Of a DNA stretch of 64,000 nucleotides, positions 38,513-52,988 are shown piece after piece. The stretch covers positions 5,188,716-5,252,715 of the forward strand of contig MU058337.1 of the NCBI GenBank assembly GCA_013265495.1, written 5' to 3'. How positions within the stretch are numbered: position 1 is the stretch's first letter; the number at the start of each line of letters is the position of its first letter. The stretch comes from Vicugna vicugna. Lineage: Eukaryota. The notes beneath the pieces were generated by a model that saw nothing but the letters and a program-made list of their open reading frames with translations, ran no database searches and was not told the origin of the DNA. A program made the translations under genes and the position numbers.

Positions 38513-41500
38513 AAGTTCTAATCAAACTGAATGGAAAAACCATTTACCCTTAGTGAATGTTCCCATCACTGCAAGTAAGCTCTTGAAGCCAAGTCTAAAA
38601 TGAAAACATTTTGTTTTTCACTTGTGCTAAAAGCTAGCAATCCTCACACCGAGACCTTCAGTCCATCTCTCAATGGTTTCTATTTTTTCACCAATGAGTC
38701 AGACAAGCCGACTGCTACTTTATCAGCATGCATCAGTATGGCAGTGTACTTTGATGTCCCTGACCTCATCCCTAGCAGTACCTTTAGGCTTTTTCTTCTA
38801 GTGTGAAACCAAATAAAATGAAAGTTTACTAACTCCCTTTGTTCAGAATGGATCTTACCGAATGTTACTCTGACACTATTACACTCACACTTTTCAGAAA
38901 ACACATCTTTCTGCTACCGATGTGATGATGTGGACTTACATTTACCAAAAAAAAAAAATATTCTGCAAACTGTCATGCAAGCCTGACATTTCATTTTAAA
39001 TATTATCCAGTTTATGTCAATCCCTGTGATAGGTCACCTTACATTATTTCATTTTAGCTTCATAAGGACACTAGGGAGATGATTCTCATTCTTGTGATGA
39101 GGAACAGACTCAAAAGAGGTGAAACATCTTGTTTGGTGTTGCACAGCCAATCCAAGACAGACAAGATTTTCTCTCTCCACAATTTTTAACTATAAAGCCC
39201 ATACCTATTCAGCTGTATCATCTGGTCTTTCCGAGTCACACGCCAAAGCATTGGAGGGAAACTGAAATACACTGGGCACATCCTGTATGCCATGTTCTAA
39301 GAGATGAGGAAGGATTCCACAAAAATTTAACGGGTGGGAATTGGGGGAAAAAATCTATTATTTCAAAGCTGTATATAGTTTACGTCTCAAAAGAAGTTTA
39401 GAATTTGATCCCCACTTTGGAACATGACTTGCTGGTTGGTTTAACATCTTACTGATTACTCCTAAAAATCCTATAAGGAAGATTAATAGTTATTACTGTT
39501 GCCAGAACACAGCAGTGCTGACCTCAGAAAGCTGTAGTGGGAATTCCATGAACAACATATACGGTACCCAGCACAATGCCTGGCCACACAGCACAGGCTG
39601 GGAAATAACACTTTCTATGAAGTTGTCCTGTTCTTCAGTTTATAAGCAAGGAAACTTGCCAGGCAGGTTTAGTAGCTTTTACATCCTGACACAGCTCTCA
39701 CAGGGTAGACTTAAGAGGCAGCTCAAGTCTTCCTGGTCGCAAAGCCTATGACCTGGAATCTCCTCCCACATCAATTCCTGGATGCATCTCGATCTTACAA
39801 TAGACATGGGACAACTAAGCAGGGGTGTGTCCTCCACCTACTTAAAGGTAAGGGCATGAACTCTGAAATGCCATCCACTCCTTTAAGTCAAAATACAGGG
39901 TCCGCTGAATGTATATGTCAACTACAAGCTATACTCCCTTTACCATGACAATGAAGAATTAGCAGATTGCTCTGAAAAGACCATGTCTTCTAATCCGAAA
40001 AGCCATTGCTCATGTGCCTCCAGCTTCATCTGGAATTACACTCACCCTCAAATGCCAACGCAAGGGCTGGCTTATGTAATCCAAGCATCCTCTGGGAAAC
40101 AGCAATATCAATCTCCGCTTCCTGAGAGCCCCAATTTCCTCCTCTGTATCCCCTCCCCCGTCACAGTGGAGGCCCACCTGATCTCCTCCTTAGACCCCAG
40201 GATTTCTGTTACCACCACCTCCTAGGCCTCAACCTTCCGCACTGCTGCATGCAGCCCTCCTTCTGTGCCAACTACACATGGGACATAATACTCAGTAACT
40301 TTCCGTCTATCTTCCCAGGCATCATTGAAGGCTAACCCCTTCTTTCCTGAATGATCGGTAACGAAATAAAATTTATAAGCTGAGATTGGATGTATTTCTA
40401 TGAGCTCCCTACATTCAACTCCTTGAAAAGTGAATTCCTTACTTTAGGCCAGTGCTGTGCCAATATGTCTGAGCACAACACTCACCTGGGACACTGGTTA
40501 AAGAGACGCATCTATGAAACGCAATTCTCTAAGAAGAGGGGCCAAGGAGGCCGATGACAGAAAAGCATCACAGCTCATCCTTATGATCACCCAAGCTTGG
40601 AAAACACAACCAAAATAATTTAATTATATACCAAATATATTTACTTTAAAATAATTTTTTGCAAATACAAATTAATAATTGCACATTTTATCCATATTTC
40701 CACTGCCAACTTTTCAACAGGTACAACCATCTTTTTAAATCATCCTAATTTTCTCTTTTCAAGCAATGCTTAAAGTCCAATATAGGACTTGCCTTCCCTT
40801 TTAACAAGAGCACTGGTAATGTGGCAGGTTTGCTATTATTTTAGGTCACAGTACAAGGACAGGCTGTTATCAACAGGCTCTATATAATTTCCTGTGCTCT
40901 TCGAACGTCTCCCAGCAACTGCCCTGACACGGCTCGAAATTAGCTTGAGCAATTTGACAGGATCACAGCACCTGCCTTCAAGCTATAACTACACATTTCT
41001 CTTGTGAAGTTTAATGTGCTTAGGTAATATGCTAAATCTGGACATTTTTACCTAATACATAGTAAGAAAAAAATAAGATAAGTTATCAAAATCACTGGGA
41101 GTGCCTAGAAGGAATAAAACAAATTTAAGGTTTATGAAGAATACTATAAAGAAAATTTTATTATAAAATCTTGACCCTAGGAATGTATTTTAGTACTTCT
41201 TTACATATTTTCAGATTTTTTTCACATTTGGGTGATGCAATTTAAAAAGAATTTAAAAAAAAAAAAAAGCTGACACTTGAAGTCTAGAGTAAAATAATTT
41301 TTGTGCAAAACTAACCTAAGTGTGGAATATTGGATGTATGTTTATGTTCCTTCGAGTGCAGAACATGCACTGACCGAATAAATGAATAGTAATATAGCCA
41401 CAGAGAACAGCAATAGCATGAATGATTAAAATAGCTTATGAAGTTTTAAAGCTGCAAGGGGTCTAGACTTTTCAAATATGAAACCCATGTTGCAGATCTG

Positions 41501-41921
41501 TACCTATTTACCATTTTCCCCCATTTTTCAAATAGTCTTCACACTCCCAGTCACCTAACTCCTGTTTTTCTCCAATATCTCATCTTTTTGTCTTTATTGC
41601 AGTCATATTCTTCTCTCCCTGACCATTCCTTTTAAAGAAATTTGAGTAAAAGAAAACTGTATCGTATATATTGACCCATATGGTTACAATTTCTAGTTCT
41701 CTTCATTTCCCTCTGGTACTAAAGGCTCTGCGGAGGTAAGACCACTTCTCTTGTCCACTGGACAACGTGCTGTGGGAACAGGCATATAAAGCTGTCACTG
41801 GCTACCACGTGAAGCCTAGAAAAGGGGCTATCCCAGGGGTAGCAGGACCCACATTTAGATCCTGGCAATATCCTTTGAGCATGAAACTGAGCTGCACCTG
41901 AAAACAGATTCAGTCCTAGAC

Positions 41922-42069
41922 CAGTGTTTCTCAAATTTTACCGTGTATCCGAACAACATGGCGGACTTGTTTAAGCAGATGGCTAAGCCCCACAGTCATC
42001 TGCAGAATTTGCATTTCTAACAAGTCCCCAGTGGATGCTAGCTCAAGAACCACACTTTGGGGACCACTA
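41922..42069. mobile_element. hAT-Charlie MER5A-like element
   Basis: TIR-like ends cagtgtttctcaaa / tttggggaccact; internal gaatttgcatttctaacaagtcccc; approximate 8-bp TSD tcctagac/tcctaaat. Confidence 0.7.
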
Positions 42070-45000
42070 TCCTAAATACTTCAATTAAGTAGGCTAGTGA
42101 ATTGGAATTTTTTTTCTGAATCATGTTTGGACTGGGTTCTCTATTACTTTGACCCAAGAAAATTATCCTACCTGATAAACCTATAACTATCTTAAAAGAC
42201 ATCTGCCCCCAAATAAGCCTGAATTATTCCATCTCATTTAAGTGTTTACACATAGAAACTATATGAAAGGAAGTCATGAGGAAAGGAAGTCAAAATAGCA
42301 CATATTTCATAGTATATTTAGGGTTTATTCCTACTTTGTACTATGCTACAATTAAATTTCACCACATCCTGTAATCAAATATTGAGGTCCACACAAAAAC
42401 TATTTAATACTTAGAGTTCTTTTTCTTATAATAAAAAGGTTCTGATATTTTCGTGTGGAATATTATTTTAGTAAACTCAAGCTGAACCTATTTTTACATA
42501 AGGAATATAATGAACAAGACAGACATCTTATTTTACTTTGGATATCGTAAAAATAACACTGCATGCAAGACTTACAACCAATATTTAACACACAACCTAT
42601 AATTTTATATTTATCATTTATCTTTCACGACTGTAGTGAAATGGTCACCTATGTCTAAAGAGTCAAAGTGTGCTAGACATTCACAAACAAAAATAACATT
42701 TAAATAGCTGAAAACATATCTGGATGTGATATTTTAGAGAAAATGAGTTGAGCTCAAGAGGGTAACTGTTCAAAGTCTTCTGGGTCATAATACACGTTCA
42801 TTAGGAGAAGAACTAGCGATCTTTGGGAACTGATGCATTCCTTGGTCACCACTGGCCATCTTCAGATGGCTTTTTCGTGAATAACTGCTCCTCATCCTTC
42901 TGCCCGCAAAGCACTTTCTTCCCAATTTCCTATCTGGAAAATAGGAATTTCCTCCTCCTATATGGGAATATATAGGGCCCAGTTTCCTATGTGGTCCCAA
43001 CACATCCCTTTTCACTCTCCCATGTGGGGGATACTTGAAGTATTTAACCAAGAACGAGAAACCAGTGCTGAATAACAAAGCAGTTCTCTAGGTATGCAGG
43101 AATGAACCTTTAACTTCAAATTATGAAGAGATCCAGGTGTCTCTAGAGCAGAGGAGGGTGGGACGTTGCAAGCCTTGGAATATCTGAAAACCACTGTGAC
43201 TGTAACATTACATTTACCAAATAAGTCCCGCCCCTACCTCTCCAGCCCCATCCTCAATGCCTGTCAGCTCCACCATCTAACAGTGCACCTAGTATCATTC
43301 TTTCTCTTTCCTTCCATGGTCATCAGCAGACTTCCGAACATTTTTAGTTTTCACCACAGGCTATTAAAATAACTTTCTCAATTTTCTCTCTATTTAAAGG
43401 CTTTCCCCTTTCCATTCATCCTAAGAGCAATGTCCCCAAAATTTCTATGCGGAAAAGCCAATTCTCTGCTCACCATTACTTGCCAAGGGCTCCCAGTCAA
43501 ATTTTGGGCATTGAAAGACTTCCTACGTGTTGTCTCCACTGATCTCTGCAGGCTTCTCTCCAATAACCCTTCTGAAAGAACCCACTGACTTAAAGAAGCA
43601 ACAGCAGTATCCATCATGTTCTACTTCCAAATTTTACTCACATTCTCTCTCTGGCTAAAGTGCCGATCCTCTCAGACCCACTGGTTAGTAACTTACTCAT
43701 CTTCAAAACAGCTCAGGCTTCTCATGTGCAAGGTACTCTGGACCTCTTTAACACTACATTATACAATATTTTAAACCCACTACCACGTGTCTCAAGGAAA
43801 ACAATCATATCTTTTAATCTTTACAGCCCCTATACCTACCAGTGCAGGGTCTTACCCATAGCAGTTGTATAATAAATAGGCAGCACAAACAACACATAGC
43901 ACAAACATAGAACAAACAAATGGCATAGTAATTATACACATAAAATGCCAAGATCAGTATCTCATCTATCTATGCATCCATAAGATTTTGGCTCTTTATA
44001 TACGAAAAAGAGGTCCATTTTCAGTTTCAGCTTTTAAAGACAGTGACTAATTTATACCAACATCCTTTTTAATAATTACACACATATTTCTCTCAAAAAT
44101 ATTTATACTCATATGGACTTGTAATAAAACTGTAAATATTACGAATTTCATAATCAATCAAATTTCATGGAAAAATTCGTCCCTGCTGTCCTTCATTAGC
44201 AACAGGAAATATATTCTGCATTAAAGTAATGAAACTACATACACAATGGGGCTGTCAATAAGTTTACAATGGTTGACTAACCAACCAGTGGTTGTACTGA
44301 CAGTTCAGACAATTTAAAACTGTTTACATTCTCTTTCCTTAAGTCAGTTGAATTCTATTGTTTGAAAAAATCTGAAAAACAGAATTCTAATAATACCAAA
44401 TATGTCGACTGATGCCAATGCTTTTGAAGTTCTCAGGAGACACAAGAGGTTCCCAAAATAGTTTGTTCAAAAAACCAAACACATTATGCCACATAAAATA
44501 ATCTAAGGTAGAAAAATAAGTGTGAAAATTAAAGAGAGTAATTAAACAAAAAAATAGATAAGTCGCTTACTGCACAATATCTAAAAAAGAAAGAAAAAAG
44601 AAAGGAAACAGACAACCACTAAACCTGTCTCCTTACAGGGTGACATGTACCAATAGTTTGCTTTTCATCAAACTGTTGTAGTTTGGGGCATTTGGAGCAT
44701 GAACTTATAGAAAATCAGTTGGAAGATGTCATAAAAATGACAGATTTGGTATATTTAAGTACTGTGGAAAAGAACACTTCCCTTTGACTCATAGGACATT
44801 GCATCCATATTTAGGTAATTCTCTTTTGTGAGCTTGATATGAATCCCCTCATTTAATATCAGTTTCTGGATGCATTTTTGCTTTTTTCTTGTTAATTTTC
44901 TTGCCCTCTCATAAAACTCATCAAGATGCCAATATAATTTTCCATGTAATTAGTTTAATATGGTTACACTTAAAAATGAAATATAATTACCCCAAATTAA

Positions 45001-47745
45001 ATTTAAATATCAGATACTCACAGTCACATCAACCCATTAATTTCACTGAGGAGCCACCATATTCAAATATCTCTATTAATTGCCTACCCATCTGCCTCCT
45101 GCCTACTCACCTCGCAGAGCAGAGGAGAGGGCAGAGCACAGCTACCAATACCCAGTTCTCCTCCAGACAGCATTTTGGAGATGTTTAATAAATGCTTGTT
45201 AATTTAAATTTAACTGCGGCTCCGAGAAGTTAGGTGACTTGCCCAAGGTCACACGGTACGTAACAGTATTGGAGAAAGAACGAACAGCTTGTTCCGTCTT
45301 TTAATTCCAATTCCCAGGCATTTTCGAGGGCAGTCTGCCCCTGCATTTCCATCCTCTCCCAACCATGTCACTTAGCTTTCCCAAAGGAAAGATGATTAAA
45401 TTCAATAAAGGCTATTAATAACAGATCAGTGTACTGTCACTCACATGACTTAAAACCCTACATCTGGCATATAAGCAGGGATATTTGAGACATCGAAGGA
45501 GCAGAGCTTCAGGAATGCCAGGCAGATTGATGAGTGACATTTGCAGAATGTCCCCAGAAGCCTCATGTCGTGACCCAAAGGTTGACATACCCACCTTCAA
45601 GGAGTGAAGTAAACCTTCAGGGTGATCTAATCAAAATTGTTCAGCTTTCTACACACACTTTGCTTCTCTCACTAAGCATGTCTGTCTATTCACACCTCTT
45701 TGTTCTCAAAAAATCTATATGTACGTTAAAAATTGCATGTACCTGAATTTCTAGATTTCATATTATGGACGTTTTAATTTTATAAGAGGAAAAGATAATC
45801 TCTAATGTGATTTATTCAACATAGTGAAAATAGCTATTACACAAAATAACCCTAGTTAATGTCCATGAAAGAAACAAACACATATATTCAACTCTACTTA
45901 CCGACCTCTTCTTTCCCTTTTACAGACAAGGAAAATCAAAGGTTGTGAAAGAGTTTCTCCCATTGCTGACTCCAGAGAATCCTTATTCGGATAATAGTTG
46001 GTGCTAAATGCAATCGCTCTAAGAATTTCAGTTACAGCTGAGAGGAACGCTCATTGTTGGTATGGCAAGTAATTTAGCCCCAGTGATTTCTGTTACCTGG
46101 ACTTCTTGTGATGTTAAATGAGTAAGGTGTTCTTTCTTCTGCTCAGTATTTGAGCTTTAACGTACACTCTCTCCGACGTAAGACAGAAATGAGAGTTAAA
46201 ATCTGCTTCTCCAAGAAAAAAAAAAATCAACAGAAGGTAGACTTTAAACGTAAGAATGAGGCCCCTGAAAATTATGTTCTCATTTCAAGACTCCAAATTC
46301 ATGAAAATATTTTCCCTAAATATGTGGTTTCAGGACAATGTTAATATGTTCTTATTGATGTGTGGGACAGATTTCTTCTCAGGTTAGTTAGTATGACAGA
46401 TGGAGAAGAATAATTTTGACTACCTCTGTAAAGTCATGTGAGAAGACAATGAATTCATACACATGAAAGGATTTTCCAGCTAAATGTACGCAAGTATAAG
46501 TAGATATTTTCTGGTTACTCTTTGGTATTACTAATGCAGCACTAATTTTAGGACTCAAATCTATCTAAGCAAGCAATTGAAAGAAGTCTAACCAGCACAT
46601 AGCTAACTAATCAAAGATTTTCTTTCTTAACAAATGAGTTATTTTCACATCAATACTGAGCTTGTATAAAAGCTAATGGTGTTGACCAAGAAAGTTAAAA
46701 AAAACAAAGTTCCTAACTTGTCTTTTGTATATTGGAGGGGAAAAGGTTTAATTAAATGGCCAAGTCATTTTGTTTAGAAAAATAACCAGTTTTGTCTAGC
46801 TATTTTGCACAGCAGAAAATGACAGCTTTGAAAGAGCAGTAATGGCCAATTAGGAAATACAGTCACCATGTTGTGATTTTCTGAGTTTGGCTCCTGACTC
46901 ACTCGAATTGACTAAATCACAAATTTAACTTGATGCTTTGCTATTAGGGAAGTTTCTAAGCAATACCAAACTCACTGACTTTTTTAAAAAAATTTTTTTC
47001 CTAGGAAATATCCAGATAAAGTAATAAAACAGGAAAGTACAGCAGGCAACTATTGACTTGGAATAATTTGCTGTTTGAACGAGTGACTATGTACAATTAG
47101 GACTACAGGCCTTTGGCATAAAAACTCGTTTTACTGCATAAATGAGGGCTCGGTGACACGAGGTCAAACCGGCGAGCACTCTTATCAAGGTCTTATTTTT
47201 CCTTTCCCTTTACAAAGCCGTCCTTCTCCCCCAGCCTGCAGGAAGATGATTTAGAGCACACAGAAGAGTGAGTTCTATTACAAAATATAATTTCTTATTT
47301 GCCAGGAAATGTGATCCTTGAAAAGACAAAGCACTCTTTTCCAAAGAAAATGACATTGGCACCCTTCCTGCAGCTCTGGAGCTGTATTGATTTAAGAGTT
47401 AATGGAAAATAGCTTGAGAATTTACCCCTGCGGGGGGCCTAAAAATGCCCTGGGACGTCCCCCAGGTCCTCTCAGTCCCAGCAGTCCCACACTTCTCCCC
47501 TTCTCAGATGGGACTCCTGACCTTGAATCCCAGACCAGGCTTGGAATTCAGTTTCCCAAAGGACAAAAGCCTGAGATCTCCCAGTTCCACTGGATTCGAA
47601 GTTTCCTTTGCCAAGATTCTCAAGCAGGAGGACACGTTTATGGACACTTCTGGTGACTGGTGACAGCCGCACGTGTGTCTTAGACCGCAGCTCGCTCTGG
47701 TGGCAGGGTTTACAAGCCTGTGCCGGAGCCAAATGCTAGAGAGCC

Positions 47746-47790
47746 GTGTGTGTGTGTGTGTGCACCTGTGTGTGTATGCGAGTGTGTGTG
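47746..47790. repeat. Interrupted (GT)n microsatellite
   Basis: gtgtgtgtgtgtgtgtgcacctgtgtgtgtatgcgagtgtgtgtg. Confidence 0.85.
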
Positions 47791-48859
47791 AGCAATTTTA
47801 CCCCGAATACTGCTTAAAGTCTCCTCTATCAAAAAAACCAAACACAGAAACAACAAAAGCTGAGAACAACCAGAATGTTCACTCACAGGCAAATAAAGAA
47901 GTAATACACCCACACTACAGAACATCAGATACTAATGAGAATTCTTCATCATGTACATATTTAAAGTGAGGGCCACAATGTATTCTTATAGGAAAAAAAT
48001 AGCAAGAAAGAGGGAGGGAAACAACTTACTTGTGTGTATGTGCGCGCGTGTGTGATTATAACACACATATTTATATAATCATGGGAAAACATCATGTCAT
48101 TCCAGTCTCTGAGTGGAGGCCCCACGTGGGTATGAAATGAGAGTGTGAACGTGACACTGCCTCCACGGGCTGAGGTTCTTGGTGTGAATCTCCGTGCATG
48201 AGCATCTTCCTGGGCTGAGTGGTCCCAAAAGACCAGTTCAGCTAATACTCATCTAACTTCCAGGCAAAACCCCAAAAATGTCTTCTAGCCTTGGAGTAAA
48301 CCCTCATTTACTCGTGTTTACTGAGCTACACTAACTGAGAGACCATGTAATAAACTCAGACTTGGAGCCCTCCTCGGAGACTTCTCAGGGTAATATTTAA
48401 ATGTCAAATGTCTGAATTTTGTGCTGACGTACAACTTGTTCTCTGCATAAAACACAATGCTGCTGTATTTCTTTTTCTTCACCCATATATGTATTTTTTT
48501 AAACTTTTTGTAGCAAGCATGTATTATTGTGTTTTAACAATTTTAATAAACCGGTAAATAAAGTGAAAATGTTTAAATATTAAAATACATAAACAATTTT
48601 TGTGTTCTCTCTGCTAATTTAATTTCTGGTGACCAGATATTTAAAAATTATGCCTTCTCACAGAATAATAACTTCATAAAAACTGCTAGGCAAAAAAGTA
48701 GTATATGTTGGCTATGTAAACAGGTACATGGAACATACATCTATATTTGGTCACTGGGTTACTAGTAAATATATACTGGTAAATACTAGCAAGGCAAAGA
48801 CGTAGTCCCTTTTCCCTTAGAACAATCCCCTTAGAGATACTGGGTTTAATAACAACAGT

Positions 48860-49090
48860 AATAATGGCTTCCATTTAGAGTCAGTTACTCCATGAGGCAC
48901 TTCTTGCGTATTTCCTCACTTAAACTTTGCAGTAACCGTCCCCAGACTGTTAACCATACCCCAACTTAGCGATGAGCAAATGGAGTCTCACTGAGTTTAC
49001 CAAAACTGTTGAAACCCATGGAGCACATAAACGGGTGTGAAATCCAGCCCCTCTGGTCTCCTGGGCTCAAGCTCACAACCCCTGTGTATG
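48860..49090 (-). mobile_element. MIR SINE (degenerate)
   Basis: ataatggcttccatttagagtcagttactccatgaggcactt...ccccaacttagcgatgagcaaatggagtctca. Confidence 0.5.
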
Positions 49091-49144
49091 CTCTACTCTT
49101 GCTCTATTTTAATAAACTTGAACTTTTTAATAAAGTCATTGTTT

Positions 49145-49380
49145 CAGGCAGGGTTATATTTAGCTACCAGTGACAGAAAACCCCCGAAATGATGGGGGCT
49201 CAAGCAAGATTAAAGGTTAGAATTCTTATGCGCGAAAGCACTCCAGGGGCAGGCGGTCTGGGACTGGGAATGGCAGCTCCACAGTGTCTCAGAAAAAGCC
49301 AGATTCCTGTCTGCTGGCTGAGCTGTGCTCATAGGTGGCCACATCCCTCACAGGAGGCCCTTGATTCCAAAGGGCTTCTG
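49145..49380 (-). mobile_element. Old MaLR LTR fragment (MLT1J/K-like)
   Basis: agggttatatttagctaccagtgacagaaaaccc...gggactgggaatggcagctccacagtgtc; recognised by eye. Confidence 0.45.
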
Positions 49381-49381
49381 G

Positions 49382-49560
49382 AGCACTATTTACAGCAGCC
49401 AAGACGTGGGAGCAACCTAAGTGTCCATCAGCAGATGACTGGATAAAGGAGATGAGGTATATATGTATATATATACACACACATACATACACATACACAC
49501 ACACACAATGTGGTGGTATATATACATTGAATACATTATATATATAAAATATATATTGCA
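49382..49560 (+). mobile_element. LINE-1 ORF2 tail fragment with embedded (TA)n/(CA)n microsatellite
   Basis: gcactatttacagcagccaagacgtgggagcaacctaagtgtccatcagcagatgactggataaaggagatg is homologous to the ORF2 end of the other L1 copies here; followed by TA/CA repeats. Confidence 0.8.
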
Positions 49561-49974
49561 GATTTTTTACACTCAATGTATTTCTGCTTCTGACTTTCAC
49601 TTCTACTGAGGCATCTGTATTTCCAGGCTGTTCCTTTAATGTCCTCCGAAGGAACACAGAAGTCAAGCTCCAAAGACAAAGACAGAAACGAGGGTCAGAA
49701 ACCCAGACATCCACTGAGCCAGAGCGTGACACAGTGAGTGTCTGTCCTCTCCTGAAAGCTCTCCAGCCCTGTCACAACAGAGCGGGCATGTCTGAGATGA
49801 GACACGTTCAAACACTCACTGACAGTCAAAGGAGGAAAGATGAAACAGAGGTTCAGACCCAGAGGAAGATATGACATGGAAGGAAAATCACTTTTGGGGG
49901 AATAAATATCTTACGACCAAGTATCAAGATAGGGTAGAAGTGGGGCATCTGACATAACCAAGGACAGTAACTCG

Positions 49975-50140
49975 AGTGACTTACTCATCACTCGCATGTG
50001 CCTGGCATGATGATGAGTCCCATCTGATACCGTTATTGCCCCCATTTCACAGAAAAGGAAACAGAATTCGCAAGCCTTTGAGTAACCTGCTTAGAGCGCC
50101 ACAGCTGGCAAGTGACAGTGTCAGGCACTGAACCTCAGCA
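49975..50140 (-). mobile_element. MIR SINE
   Basis: ttattgcccccatttcacagaaaaggaaacaga...gtaacctgcttagagcgccacagctggcaagtgacag. Confidence 0.7.
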
Positions 50141-50382
50141 GCTGCTGGGCTGTACGTCACTCTTCATGTTCTGGACCAGAACCTGGTGGTCCTCACCAGC
50201 AGTGACAAGGGACAGTCTGGAGCCAGGAAAATTAGATGGTGTGGATTAGCTCGGAAAGATGGAAAAGACCTAGTCCTTGCATCCTGGATGGAGCATCAGA
50301 ACAGCCAGGGATGAGCAGAGTTGGACCCTTGCCCTCGCCATGCACACATCATGGCGCTGCCCTGTACTTTACAGAAGGATAG

Positions 50383-50980
50383 TGAGTATTAGAGGAATGA
50401 AGACCCCAAACATGTTCATACCCTTGTTCCTTTAAATAGGTAAGTACGTTACCTTACATGGCAAAAGGGACTCTGCCGATGTGATTAAGATGATATCTTG
50501 AGATGGGAAGATGACACTGGATTATCTGATTGAATCCAATCTAATCACCTGACTCCTTAAGAGTAAAGCACTTTACCAGGCCGTGGTGAGAAAGGGATGT
50601 GCCAGTGGAAGAGGCTCAGAGAGGCAGCATCATGAGAGGGATCTGACACTCCGCCAGGTGTGACACTTGAGGTGTAGACAGGTATGTGCAGGGACCCAAG
50701 AGAGGCTTGGGAGACAGCAGACACCCCCAGCTGACAGCCAGTAAGGAAACGGGGAGCCTGGTCCTATAGCAGCACAGAACTAAATTGTCTTGATATCCAG
50801 TGACCAGGCAGTGAATTCTCTCCAAGAATCTCCAGAAAAGAACAGAGCTTGCAAACCCCTTAAGCCCTGGGAGATCCCTGTCTGACTTCTCACTTACAAA
50901 ACTACACGAAAATACATCTGCGTTGTTGAAGCCGCAAGGTTTGTGGTAATTTGCTACAGCAGTCACAGAAAACTAACACA
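50383..50980 (+). mobile_element. MaLR solo LTR (MLT1D/E-like)
   Basis: gttaccttacatggcaaaagggactctgccgatgtgattaag...tttgtggtaatttgctacagcagtcacagaaaactaacaca. Confidence 0.82.
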
Positions 50981-52805
50981 ATGGCAGGCAGGAGACGGAA
51001 CCTATGAAAATGTCGTTTCACTGTCCAGCTCCTCAGATAGGGAATTCACCAGACAAAGGACCACATCAAGAGTCTCTGCTCCTACGGCCCGGTCATCCCC
51101 TCCAGGCCCTGAGCATCACAAGTCACAAGGTCAGACTTAACGATCTGTGTCTGAGGCCCAGGGGCCGCTTTTGGGAGGGCGGGGTGCGGGTTAGGACACC
51201 AAGAGACACGGGATGTCAGCTTTAGCATCATGTCTTAAAACACACTGAAAGTCTTTTGAGGTTTATGCTCCGCAAATTGAAAATCTGTAACACAAATAAA
51301 TTTGTTCCCATAGGTTCCCATCTCTTTCCGGGGAAATTTTACCTAAAAAATAACTGCTGAACTTGTCACGTTGACAATATTTGATTTAAACACTGTGATG
51401 TTATAAATAAGCTCTTCCAGATTCTCAAGGTGTGGGGATGACCTGGTCCAAGGCCAAGGTATCTCGGTCTTGGCAGTAGAGCCGCAGGGTACCGTCGCAG
51501 TAGAGCCGTACAGGTGAGAGCAAGTGGCGTGCAGGCCTGGCACTTTGAGAGTGAAAAATCTTTAATTTTTATGTGTCCCTAGGGGTAAGACAAAAGGCAT
51601 TTATCCAAAACGGATGAACTTAAGAGGGCAGAACTCAGAGAAGAAGAAGTTTGCATGTCGTGGGGGAGCCGGCCGTGGGAGCTCCTGAACTTGCTCTCCA
51701 GAACTTCAGGACTTGTTAAGACCATGATGAAAACACAAGCAGAGAGGCAACGCGGAAACTGGCCTGTTCGACACATTTGTTTCCTGGGGAGGGCGTTAAA
51801 GAGCAGCGGATGCTCTTCCATGCTTGGTGCCCCAAGCAGGGGTGCAGAGGAGATGCAGAAAAGAAACAAACGATGGTAAAGTGCAAGGGGGCCCCCCCCG
51901 CCGACAGAGACAAAGGAGTGGGCAATCAGGACAGGGTAGGGTCTGAAAGAAGGAAGAGAAGGTGGAAAATGGCAAATGACTAAGAAAGGAAAAACCAAAG
52001 AGTGATTCCACGAAATAGGCTTGGAGACAATTACTCATCTAAGGAAAATGCAACTGCGAGGAAATAGGAGGTCAAACAGTCCTGGGAGAGACTCTAAGGA
52101 GCCGGAAAGTTCAGTGCTCATGAATAATCATGCACAATTCTCATACTATTTCTTTAACACTATAAAAGGCAGAAATATCTGCAAGAAAAAAAAATTACTA
52201 CCATTTCTGTATTAGAGATGTTTCCATGTATTTTAATTATCTTCACACCAAGAGTATTTAGTTACATAAAATCAATGCTTACAATGACGTTTTATAGTCG
52301 GAATAAATGTATAAATGCACAAATCATAAAGATAGTAAATATATTTATACATAAATATTAAACATTATTCTGAATAATACCATGCGGGGCGTAAAGTTCT
52401 TGCAATCCATAAAGATGTTCCAGAAAAAGAAACTAAGTTGCAGAGAAATCAAATGACCGCCTCAGGGTTAACGACAGAAGCAAGATAACCCGCGTTAACA
52501 ATTCAGACAAGGTTCCCATCTAAACCCAGAGCTTCTGCCACAAAGTTCAGACTCGTTCCTCTAGCAATAATTCTTCATTTTACAGCAACTCCAGGCAAAA
52601 ATAAGTGTTTTTTTTCTTTAATAGGGACTTTTCTCTGTTGAGGAGTTATCTGGTTCTTTCTTCTGACTTTATTCCATCAGTGCCGTCACACACCCGGTCA
52701 CTTGACACCATCTTACTCCCTCTTGGTCTATCTGGCAACTGACTTTAAAATTCATCATAATTCCATCCTTAATCTCTCTCCTTGGACTGTAATTTAAATA
52801 ACATC

Positions 52806-52988
52806 TAGGTAAACAGCAAGCTCCTACTGTACAGCACACGGAACTATGTTCAGTATCTTGTAATAAATTCTAATGGAAAAGAATCTGAAAAAGGAGAAAT
52901 AGGTAGATAGATAGATAGACAGATAATTAAGTCACTATGCTGTACACCAGAAACTAACACAACATTGTAAATCAACTCAGTTTAAAAA
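52806..52988 (+). mobile_element. Older artiodactyl-type LINE-1 3'UTR fragment
   Basis: ctactgtacagcacacggaactatgttcagtatcttgtaat...gtcactatgctgtacaccagaaactaacacaacattgtaaatcaact; homologous to the 36.8 kb copy. Approximate TSD ataacatcta/atagcatcta. Confidence 0.82.
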
